A DNA stretch of 64,000 nucleotides from Paraphysomonas bandaiensis (Eukaryota; Protista; Chrysophyceae). Each line of letters opens with the position of its first letter. The first letter of the stretch is position 1. The stretch is from NCBI GenBank assembly GCA_965644295.1, contig CBFFRP010000421.1, forward strand, positions 1 through 64,000, in the 5' to 3' direction. Shown here piece by piece: positions 13,201-25,500 of the stretch. A program made the position numbers and the translations under genes. The notes under the pieces were generated by a model. That model was not told the DNA's origin and did no database searches. It saw nothing but the letters and a program-made list of their open reading frames with translations.

Positions 13201-14134
13201 AGAGTACTGGCTGCTGCATTGCTACTGGGCTTTCATCATCACATGTTGTAACGTTGTAGCCTCTAGCCTCTAGTAACTAGTTACTACCAATCTATCTAAT
13301 GTTTTCTTCTCAGCGCCCAAAATATAGTAGAGAATGTCTTATTATTAACAATAGGAGTTCAAGAGTCGAAGTAATTTAGCATTGGAATTTATTATTGGTA
13401 TTCTAGTTTATTTCATTTTTTGCCAACAGAACTTTGCTATACATAGATACATAGCACTATAGTACGCATATATCATGTATAGTGTATCCGTTACATTCTC
13501 ACATTTATGGCCTGTAGCTAATATATAAAACTTATGAAATGTCTTCTCTTCTCTTCACATGTTCTCTTCACACCTACTGCAGTATTTATTGCAAAAAGCA
13601 TCAAAAAACTCAACATTTTCAAAAATTTCACTAGGTTTTGACCGTTTCACCAGGTTTGGTCATCACATCGACTTAATATATTGCAACATATTGTTATCGG
13701 GTCCTGCTAAACACGAAAAGAGCTAATTCCTACTAAATATTTTGTGTGATCAAAATGGAGATAATTTCAATCTAATAATAATCGCAGAGGATTCTGTGAT
13801 ACGGATAGAAGCAACAAGCAAAAAACTTTTAAATATTAAACTATTTTACTGTAGTGTATACAATATAATCTATACTGTACCCAATTTAATATTTATTCAT
13901 AACCCATTGTAATAAAGTAGTATAAAACGCGCAACGTTAGAACAAGTATTGTACATAATGAAAACTAAAAATATCATGTATATCGCAACGTGAAGAAATC
14001 ACAATATCAGTACATTAATCAGCAAAATAACGTGGTATAGACATATTAAATATTTGAGCATATCTGCAGCATTAAGTATAACAAAATTATACCCCTCATG
14101 GATAAATGCTTTATATATCGGTTCCGATAAATAG

Positions 14135-17100
14135 TCATTGGAATTCCACACATACTTTTGCGCGTTTTTTAAATCGCAGAGAGCTAAGGATAGTTTGGAT
14201 GGTAATCTTTACACCCGCGTAAAAATTTCTTCGCAAAAGTAGATTAGCATAAATGTCCTCTTGTTTATGCAGAGTTTCAAGGAGAAGGGGAACGGGTGCA
14301 GTATTGTTGGTACAATTAACTTGCTCACGTGTAGAACTTATCATTTTTGCCAATATTCCGGCCACCTTAGAAGTTTCCTTACGACTTGAGGCGTTTTGTA
14401 TGGCAACATCAAGATAAGGCATGGCTGCTATCACGTCTCCACACTGTAAATAGCTGTTTGCAGCAGTACAAGACCACTTAAAGGTCATTTTTTTTTGTGG
14501 GCCCACTTCACTCATCGTATAATGATAGCAGATACTGCGACAACACAATTGAGTAACTCACCTGCTACATGGGCTACGCATTTACCTCACACTGTAGTTG
14601 GGAAAATCAGAGGGGTGCATCTTTTCTATTGCACTCGCAACCTTCGAATGTGTAACAACCGCATCACTGCACATCACATCAGTGACCGATATTATAATAC
14701 AAGAGAGAAATAATCATTACCTTCGTGGAATCTTATTATAGACATATAATCGAATGAGTGAATTAGTGAAGCTATAGAAACCATCTGAGAGTGGAACCAA
14801 AATCCCAGTGGTTTCCAAGCTCTGAAGTGCAGAATGTATATAAGCGGAGAGATGTCGCGGTAATACAGCCTTCAACACATCAATACTAAATTGCTCTCCT
14901 ACTACGCTTGCTGTACGCACGATACTAGATTCGGTGTCGGAAAGACCTACTGTTAGTGTCGTCATAATGTCTGACTCAAGGACTCGGAAAATGGCAACCT
15001 CTAAGTCGTCATGACAAGATGTGTATGCAAACTGCATAAACTTCCAAATGAGAAAGGGATTAGATTGCGTGATATTGCAAACAGTATCCACACAGTTTTC
15101 ATTTAGTCGGCATTGATACTGCTGTCCAATTATTTTCTTTACACTTCTCGCAGAAAGTTTTCGAAGATGAAGTTTAAGAACACGACGATCGGGGAGTGAC
15201 TGCAACAACGATGCATACTCCGACGCATGTCTACAGATTAATTTATTAGAAAGACAAAATTTAAGTAACCATTGCTTACCTCACGGGGACTACACTGTCC
15301 GACCTGTCGAGCATCGCAGTAGTGCTGGTATTATAACTGTGAAGCCGAGGGAGTTCTATACGCCCTTTTCCTTCAAATTTTCCCTCCTCACTTTGTTGGA
15401 ATTTGATTACTTCCGATGTCATGGTGGCAGCGGGCAAGTCGTTTACCCGAAGTGTGAGAACTATCAAAGAAGCAGGACCAAGAATACACAGCCTGGTCAA
15501 TACCCGCCATGTAAAGGAACACATAAAATGTGCATCATCTATACAAAGTGCTGGGACCCCTTCAGAGAGAATGTAAAAAAGAAGTTCCGCTAGAATGTCG
15601 CAATCAGTCTTCTCTTCGCGATATTCTGCATACGCTTTGCATATTCTAATTTTTTCTGGCTCAACGGTAACCCCCCAATCCCAGTTTGCGCTGAGTACTT
15701 TCTCAACAACGGGGAAAAGAGTTACTACAGCAGTGGTGGCAGAGTAATATGGGAAGGCCTTACCAATCATACCCACCACAAAGTCCTTCTGTGTGCTCAT
15801 ATCATGCTTCCCAAACCATGAAAATACAGCAGAAAATATTTTCTTCAAGCCACTGCAATACGTATCATCGGCATCAATTAGTGAAACATAGACCGCGCTT
15901 CCTCGAGTATTATGAGGAAACCGTTCCCGCAGGGTCTCATCACGAGATAAAAATTTACGTACGAGGTAATTTACGACAGCTGTCTTTCCAAGCCCAGAAA
16001 CACCGGCGATTACCAATACATTTCCAGGTATCAATCCACCAGATACATTACTACGCGAGGTAAAATCGGAGGCAATCTGACTCGGAGAAAATGCAGAGAC
16101 CCTGGAAATCATATTTTCCCCATCTGAGGCCATTGAATAGATCGACGTGCTTGACGAAGTTTCGCAAAAAGCATATGCAGTTGACTCTCTCAAATCCAAT
16201 GAAGCAACAATAGCACGTCGCACGTAGCTCTCAATAATAACGTCTCTATCAGGTCTTACGTCCTGTTTATACAAACTCGGCGGAATTGGGGATCGGTAAT
16301 GGTGAAACTGTGACTCGGCAGGAAGTCCAGGAATCAGAAGCGCTTCCGTTATGCAGGTACAGGAAGCGACATCAAGGGCAAGGCACTCCAGCGTATCGTT
16401 ATCCAACAAAATGCGCCCTTTGGAATGAGTCATTAGCTGAGCTGCAAGATCAAGGGATTTGCCAACGAGTACGTATTCTTGTCTATATTCTGTTCCTACT
16501 ACACCGAAGCTTATGCGCCCAGTTGTGATTCCTATTGAAACTCTATGGCGCTGTTTCTCCGCTTCATTTTTCATCATGACAGCACAGCGGACGGCTTTGG
16601 AACAATTGGCTGCGTGGGCTGCAGTGGGAACACCCCAGAGGCATACCAACACACAACTTAAATCATGAATAAGGAACTGTTTCAACATTCCTCCACACTC
16701 GTCTAAACATTTCTGCATTGCGAATACGAAGGGCTGCATGTTCGTGAGGTCATCGTAGTCTTCTGAAGTGTATGTATCTACTTTGAGATAAAGTGCTGTT
16801 ACAGTACCACTAGCTCTAAGGGTGGTTAAGTTATCCAATACTGAAGCCTTCACCACAGGTACAGGAATACAACTGATAAGATCTCTGTCTCCAATCTCCC
16901 CGTATGCATGAGGGAATTGAAACTCGCCATTTCCGACAGCTGAAATATCCACATTGCTGTTACATGCGGATACAAGTTCCCAAGACAATTTAGGGCCTTG
17001 TAATTTCAGCGTTGAATGCCTTCGCATACCAACTACTTTCATTCCTACAGCCATGGGCAATACCGCAATTTCGTTCGCTATTATCGTATACACCTCCTGT

Positions 17101-17814
17101 GATATGACGAATTCGTTTGCTCCAACCTCGTTAATGTAGCTACCGATCGTATCAACGCAGTACCCATTTAGTATATAACTGCATTTGCCATTATATCCAC
17201 CCAGAATAGCAAAATTCATCTTCCCATAAGTTGCAGCCACCTTTAGACCAATACCACAGATTTGTGACTGGGAGATATTCAGGCCGCACTGGGCCGCGTT
17301 GGCACAACACTTCGCGGCAGAGTTGTGGTCAGAAGTTTCGTGAAATAGACACAGCATGCTGTCATGATGAAAAGAAATAACTACAACATAACAAAATGTA
17401 AGATTTAGGTACATCTAATATTGATGACGTACCATCACCACCGAATCCATATACACACTCTATCAGAGTTACAAAGACGGAATTAACATATGACCACGCA
17501 GTCCCAGAAGATAATTCAGAGTCTGAATCGTTCCGGCGACTTAATGTAATATCATTTAATCCCATTAGGGAAATGAGCATACAGCAGCCGGAGACTCTGT
17601 GCTGACACTCACTGCGAGGAATCTCTCGAAACCGTCTCGGAAAAAATGTCATACAGTCAGCAAACGCATGAGGGCTCTCGATCGCCTTATCCACATAATC
17701 GGTCATAATGGCTTGTGCATATTGCCGTTCGGATTGTGATATACGACGTCGATATTTGGATGAATAGGAGTAAGTGGAAGATACGATCGATGGATCTTTG
17801 CGCAACCCCAGCAT
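14135..17814 (-). CDS. Soluble adenylyl cyclase (ADCY10)-like protein: two class III cyclase-like domains, STAND/AAA NTPase, winged helix, helical tail; multi-exon
   Basis: YGFGGD|VISFHHDSML (intron 17381-17432); GGMLKQFLIHD...LWGVP; SIGITTG...VG...RQEYVLVG...AAQLM; Walker A GVSGLGKT; Walker B LCIDDAHF; SNPF and ASVVGEQF winged-helix motifs. Confidence 0.85.
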
Positions 17815-18252
17815 TGACTAAGATGCACAGAATCGATATGATATACAAGTATGGTATATACTAATGCAATCCTATTCAATATTAAGGCAATACAAGCATT
17901 TCCTTATGGTGGAGGTCCAGTTTATGGCATGGTGAAGATGCATGGCGTGTTCTCCATATGGCACTAGTAAGAGAACGAGATGCTCCCTCAAGATACGATC
18001 ACCCGTATACCAGTATACACTACTGTATACTGACCACAAGATATGTCCACAACCACACCCACATCAGTGCTGTATATCGGCAGTATTCCATTGGTATTCT
18101 CACAGAAATAAAAACAAACTGAAAACTCTTCATGATACTGTTATCAAAGGTGGCAAGTTTGTGGGTTGAAAGTAACTGTGCAGAGAGTACATACATATAT
18201 ATAGGCATAGATTATTAACACATAGAAGGTGGTAATACTTGGGTGATTGATC

Positions 18253-18677
18253 ATGACTGTTAAGAGAAGGAATCACGGACGCAACAAGCACGGCAGAGGT
18301 CACGTCAACCGTGTCAGGTTAGTGATATCAGTCTTCGGAAATATGAATTAGAGTAAGTTCTATTATTATTCAGATGCGTGTCTACTGCCAAGGCTATCCC
18401 TAAGGACAAGGCCATTAAGAGATTCATAGTCAGGTAATAGAAATATCTAATTATATTAATTTTATTAATATGAGGGAACAGAAATATGGTCGATGCCTCT
18501 GCGCTGAGAGATATTCGTGACGCTTCTGCTTACGAGAATTACGCTCTGCCCAAACTGTATATTAAGCAATACTACTGCATTGAGGCAGCAGTTCACCAGC
18601 GAATTGTCCGCGTGCGTTCTGCTGAGGGCAGAAGGGTCCGTGAGCCTCCTGTACGTCAAAAGCCCAGGAACAACTAA
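18253..18677 (+). CDS. RPS26: 40S ribosomal protein S26 (eS26), 3 exons
   Basis: Spliced translation [53 protein letters not shown]...LPKLYIKQYYCIEAAVHQRIVRVRS. Confidence 0.98.
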
Positions 18678-20228
18678 GTGGGATGGTGTCTTGCTGATTC
18701 ATAACTTGTAAACCAGTCATGACTCTCTGCTATCTTGCTAATAAACATATTACCCCCAATGTGTGAAGAATTTTTCTTTGTAGCTTGTTATGTGGGAATA
18801 TGTTTCCAGTGTATTCAAATACTTTGTGGTGTTTGTGGCGCAGAATGGAAACTCTTTCACCTCGCTCGTACTGTGCATGCATGTGAGCAGTACTCACTAT
18901 ATGGTACATGGAGACCTTCACTCTTATCTCTTGACAACAAGCATATAGAGAATTAGTTTAAGAAATACTCAACTGAGCTGCATGATGGGTACAGAAACAA
19001 TAACGCTACACACATCCAATAGACAAGTACTATTCGCACTGCAGTTCATTGTAACACTCACAAGCATAACGTCTTTTTGGAATAGTGTGCGACACAGCTT
19101 ATTTTCTTTTAAAAATTACACAACTGCTTCATGCATTAGATGCTTCGTCATTTTTCTCGTCAAGCAATGTGTGGTTATATGTCAGAAATTTTGATTTGTC
19201 ATGCGTTTTCTTACTTCTTACTTCGTTATGTAGTATTTTGGGCTGTGTAACAATTACTTGTCTATTATTGGGGCAAGCTAAAAGCAAAGAAGCAAAGTAT
19301 GATTATAATTGATAATTGGTTTGAACCTGTTTCAATCAATTGAAATATTTGCTATACCATCGATTGTATGGGAGGTGTATGTCCTATCAGTAGAATTGTA
19401 AAAAGTGATGTTAAGTCAGCCTACCTCGGCTCGATATGCAATCTACAGTAAACAGTAAAAAGAATGCAACATATAAGATTGAATACATACTGTATGAATT
19501 TAGAGTTTAGCTACTTGTCGTAAAAAGTATTTTACTGATGTAGCACTAAATATCGTCTAAAGTTGTGTAAAGTATCATTACGACCATTGCACCAACATAT
19601 ATTAATTTCTCATGCGATTTTGTTGAGTGAAATTGCATGCACAGAAAATAAGTAATGAATGTTGATTGTGTCATATCTTGACAATGAAATGTAGTTCTTC
19701 CATCAACTCTTGAGGTCCATGGCATCTCAACTAACCCCAACTAGATACCCTATCTCCCTGTCAGATGCACTACTTGAGTCTTGTCTTGCTATTCCTAGTT
19801 GCACTCTTCAACATCTGCTAGCAGTGGATTGGATTGATATTATTGTCCTTTTTGGAGGTGGACAAAAATGTTTTTTTCAAAATTTAAATTATACACACCA
19901 TACATTTACAAAGGGCGATGTACATATTCGTAATATTCAGTATCACCTTTTTATGATAAAATATCAGGAATATTGAGGTGTACAAAAATACCAATTCTAA
20001 AGAAAACTATCGATTTCTAATAAAATCCGGCTATATTCACTTCCAAAATAAGATAATCCCTAGTATTTCAGTATTTCACATGGACGGAAACATGCAGTCG
20101 AGTGGGGCCAAAACGAACATAGCTACATTCAAATATACAGACAGTCATATATATACATACATACCTACCCGTCACAGGGGTCTTGAACGAGGAGAAGAGA
20201 AGAGACCTCATATCTACCACTGTAAAAG

Positions 20229-22120
20229 ATGGTAATGACTGTGGATGAAGCCTATCAGGTACTGGGAGTGTCTCGTGGTGCCAGTGAGAGTGTTGTGAAG
20301 ACAGGTGAGCTCCACATCACTGTTATATTATACACGCTGTGTATACTATCTAACTGTGGTTCTCTTCATCTCCACAGTACTGTTATCGTTAACTCTCATG
20401 TTTACTCGTTTCAGCGTATAAAAAATTAGCACTCAAGACCCACCCAGATAAGAACCCTGACGATCCCGATGCCCGGGCTAAGTTTCAACGCATCTCAGAA
20501 GCGTATAAGCGCATCACTGATCCTGAAGCATTTCAAGACGAAGATGAACTTGACTTTGAGGATCTAAACAACATGTTTGCTTCAATGTTTGCTGATATGG
20601 TTAGTTTTCTTTTATTTTATTTTCTAATCCTTTTTATTTATATCGATTACAGATGCCGATGATGTTCAGTATGGGTGGACCGAATGGGCCGTTCAACCCA
20701 TCTCGAATGAGTCATATCCCATTTGAAATGTTCGAAATGATGATGACGGACATGATGATGGAAGAAATGGGCATGCATAATGTGGGCCCAGGTGGCATGT
20801 ATGAAGATTATGGCGACGAAGGATTTGACAGTGATGACGAGAACATGGATGATGTTCGTCTCATGGAGGCAATGTTAGGAGCTGGCCGCAGCGGTGCCGA
20901 TATCCTTAGCGACATGAGTGCGATGGACCGCGTGGCTTTTATGAACGATGATGATGACGAGGAGGACGACATCGATGATTATTACCCACAGATGCGATCA
21001 CAAGGTATGGGCATCGAAGAAGCCATTATGCGTGAGATGATGCATGGCGGCGGAGGTATGTCCAAGGGAGACGTCGCCGCTATGGAAGACCTACTCTCTC
21101 AGCTAGATCTAGGTGAAGGGGGGCCACGTTACCATTCTCACATGTATGGTGGTGGTCGTGCACCTGCACGTGACGCTACAGATGATGACTGGGTGACAGA
21201 CAGCAGCGATGAGGGAATACCGCCAACTAAGCCCAATATCTCGAAGAAGAAGACAAACATCAAGAAGAGCAATAGCAAGAAAAAGAAGAAAAAGACTAAG
21301 AAAGGTACGCCATGGCGCACTTTTTTGGTGTATTTTTTTTGTAGATCTCTTCTGGTACATTTGTTGATAAATATGCAGTTACGAAGCCCGGGAGTTCCGT
21401 AGGAGCACAGCAGTTGGCGCAAGATATCGCAAGTGCTGAGCATGTTGATTGGGGAGACCAGAACGATATCACTGCCGATGAGATGGCAAACCTCATGAAT
21501 GCTATTCTCATCGGAGAGAAGCCTGAAGATAGGACTCACGATCACAGGAAAACGGCGACAAGTAATCACGCATTTAAAAAAGGTGGAACCATAAACCACT
21601 CGCCTACTGGAATGGGTGGTAAGGGTGTCACGAATGACGGTAGAAAGCAGAGTGCAGGAAGTGGTTCAGAAGAAGAATGTTTTTTCTCTGTAGGAGATAA
21701 GGTTATGGTCAATAATAGGTGAGGCTTGTATTGACAAAGTGGTCGCATACCATTGTGCGAATATACATAATGAATGTACCCGTGGGAATGTTATGTTATT
21801 GTTGATATTACCATCACCACTAATTGGATATCGTCTGTAGTCATTCTGGATCTGTGGCTTATGTTGGAGCCGTAGACTACGCACAGGGTGAGTTTGTTGG
21901 TGTAGTAATGGACGAGGAGATTGGAAAGAACAATGGTAAGCCTTATTGCTTTATGTCCTCTGAATAGTTGCTGCGACATTATCCATTCTGAATTATTTAT
22001 ATGGGTACTGTTGTAGGTACAGTTAAGGGACGACGGTATTTTTCATGTCCGCCTCGAAGAGGCCTTATGGTGCGGGCGACAGACATACGGCCCCTATCTT
22101 TTGGTGACTTAAGCAAATAA
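20229..22120 (+). CDS. J-domain (DnaJ) protein with a C-terminal CAP-Gly domain, multi-exon
   Basis: N-terminus AYQVLGV...YKKLALKTHPDKNP...FQRISEAY with the HPD motif. C-terminus FSVGDKVMV...GSVAYVGAVDYAQGEFVGVVMDEEIGKNNGTVKGRRYFSCPPRRGLMVR; stop TAA ends at 22120. Confidence 0.88.
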
Positions 22121-22563
22121 ATTTGCCAAATTGACGTATTTAGAATAGTATAATTTTAAAACAATGCATTCCATGTAATATTATTTTGATTGTTAATGTC
22201 AATTGATGATGTTCTTACGTACTACTCTGCAACACCTTGCGCTGAGTTTGAGAGAAACTTATTTTTCATGAACCTCAGATTTCGTATGTTAGCAGTGTGG
22301 ACCAAACTCTACAGAATTGTAATAAGTTAAAATAAGACAAACGTTCTACAATGGATCAGAATTCAGCATGTTCTACTGAAACTAATGCGTGTGTACTAGA
22401 ACGTTTGTGAAATTAATATTCAAAGATTCAGACAGCATTTCAAAATATACATCGTATTATCGAAGATATTACTCAAAGTGCACTGCACTAGTTTTTGGGT
22501 ATCTAAAATGTACATAAGCTCTAATAGACATCATACAATTTTCACGACACAAGTATATCAATA

Positions 22564-25500
22564 CTACACGACTACTCTAATAACACCATCAGCTGTGCCT
22601 AAGAGCATTATCCTCCGCAACGGTAATAATGTGGCACTAACTATATGAAGCTTGTTCTTGGTCAGTTTATTGTTATTTCTATCATTAAAGTAGGACCTTG
22701 TCAATCTAACAACATCAGCATCTCCGCCCTGCAAATATTATCACTACAACTATCGACGCCACTGTAAATAGACGTACCTCTTTACTAGCAGTCGCTAAAT
22801 TAATTCTATCCTGCTGATTGCCGGACACAGGGATGTGTCCAGCAGAAATTTTATGACCTGCCATGCAATACATGACATGAGTGCACTTGGAAGATATGCC
22901 GTCTTGATATAGCCCCGAGGAGTTCCCCGGCTGATCAAATACATTAAGTAGGATGCTATTCGGAGTTATGGGTGTGCTGCAATCAGGTAGCCCCTTGAGC
23001 TGGTACACCTTTCGCAGTTCCGCATATTGAATGTCCCACATAAATGCAGTTCTATCCGTCATTGAAATAATGTGATTTTTGCCAACAAAAAATATCTGCA
23101 AGATAGGAACTTAGAAACAACTCAACGATAAGTTAGTATGACCAATACCTTGATTACAGCGGTATCATGGGCTTGCCACATGTGCACTGGTCGCCCAGTC
23201 CTCCGGTCTAGTACCCAGACAGATCCAGCTGATGATCCAGCACAGACGTAGTCCTCCTGAGAGGCTGAGCAAGTTAGATTTACTGCCCCCTCTGCAGCGG
23301 AAGATGACATTGCCGAAGCCATGGATACCGAAATGCGCATCCGCCACTCGGATACGGGCTTTAGCTGGGGAATGGGGCGCACACGGAAATCATAGTGGGC
23401 TAACACTGCGCCGGAACAAGTCACGAGCTGATTGTCTCCATGAGCACCCATGTCTGGTGATACTCCGTGTCGAGGAGAAACTAACGATATGTGGCTGAAA
23501 CGTTGCATGTCGGTGAAAGAGTGCTGGAGCGAGGCCAAGGTTCGATTGGTCTCTATATCCCATACATATACAGCCCCATCACAGGATGCAACCTGCGATC
23601 CACTTCTCATAAAATGTGCACCTAGTACTGCAGACTTATGCTCCGTGTATGTAGACAAAAGGCGAACTGGGTGAGAATTTAAACTCCACAACTTGATCGT
23701 TCCTTCCTTTGAACCACCCAGCAAAAAAGACTCGGTGGGATTGGCGATTAGGACATTTACCGATGGTGCCGGCACATTAGTTTGGACAGGTGGTTTTTCA
23801 TCAAACATCCAACTCGACTTGTTGCACATTTTCAGCGCAAATAAGGAGGCAGCTTCAGAGGCAGTGTCAACTGCTATCTTCGGCGCTGTCATTGATATTT
23901 GTGCCGCTGGAGTTGTACGCTTTTGAGCAGACTTCAAACCTCCGTGTCCAGTTGCTTTAATACTAGCAGCTCCACGTAGTGACTTAAGTTTCCCCCCACT
24001 GTTGTAGTTTGCATTCGAGTCTTGATGGTAGCCTCTCTCAGGGGTGACAGCACCCATAGATGCTCCTACAGACACGCTCCTAGAAGGGGATTCCGGGTCC
24101 GAAAGGGACCTCGCATCCTTCAAACTATTCCATCGGCCATGCCCGCCAAGTAACCATGCCGAATCACTATGCATTTGTTCCATGGCATAGCTATCCTCTT
24201 CCTCACTATCCAAATCCCCAGTATCTTCTAATCGGTCTCCTCGTGTAGTTCCGAGAAAGAGGTGCCCCACAGACGTCTTCTTAAGATTTCGTTTGGTTGC
24301 TTGAAAAGTACTCTTGGCATTACTGAGAGAAAGGTTGTTGAAATAGGTCTCCGACTGTCTAGAAGAGTCCGGACGGATCTTTAGTCCACCCCCAGAGGGT
24401 CGCCTCACCGGTATCCTGTCTTTACCTTTGTCGTGATTCTCCGCGTTGATACCAGAGTACTTTCTGTTACGCCCTGATCTACTTCGCGCGTGTGTGCGTA
24501 TTTCGTTCATTTCCCATTCTTCCTCACTGAAAGGCACTTCTGAAGCATGCGACTGAGTGCGATAAGTGTCATTCTCGCGGTCCCTTCTATTCCAATCCTT
24601 CTTATTATTATTGTCCTCATCTGTATTGTCACCAAACAACCCCGAGGCTGTCTTGGCTATGCTGTCGATTCCACCTCCAATGAGCTTCACTGGAGTGGAA
24701 GAGAAGAACGACGAGTCAACCTCTTGCTGCGATTTATGGTGGGTGGAGTCCACACCTGACGCTGATGCCTTAGAAGTCAACCAGTTAAAGAATCCTCTAT
24801 CTTTCACAGGAACAACAACTTCTTCGAGCTTTTCGGCACTTTCTTCAGCGGGTAGTATGTTGGCAGGGAGCGGAGGAGAGCGCCCAACTTCACCCGACGC
24901 AGAACTCACCAACCACATCTCTAGGCGTGGATTCAAGTTGGGAACAGCGGTGTGAAACGCTTCCGGACCCACCAACTGAGCCAACGGAACAAAGAGCTCA
25001 ACACCAATTTCGAAAGCTAGTGTCATTTCATCACTCTCAACATCCAAGGAATCGTATGTCTTTACAAAAGTACCAAAAAATTTATCCACTGCTGGTAAAA
25101 CAAAGTCATTCGTTGTGATTGGGCCAGCATACGTAGTCGCGGCAGCTATTAGTCTGCACAATTGAATATGTACATGATGTCTTTGCCTAAACTCAACATA
25201 AGACTGCAGACATTCAGGAGAATCCGCTTCAGAAGACATAGTGACTGAATCATCCGAATCTCCGCACGAAATTACTTCACTGAGACGCGGGAAAGGGAGT
25301 TGAAGCAATAGCATCAAAATACTGACATCATCACCAGTGCGGGACAGTGGAACCGATTTATTATCCCCACCTGGTGAAGTGTATCTGAAGTGATGAAAAA
25401 AATATCTTCTGATTGTCTCGGGTGAGAGAATAGGAAGTATCCCGGCGAGTAATGATATAATCTCCAGGAGTGCAGCCAATGCAGGGGCCGAAGAAGGCAC

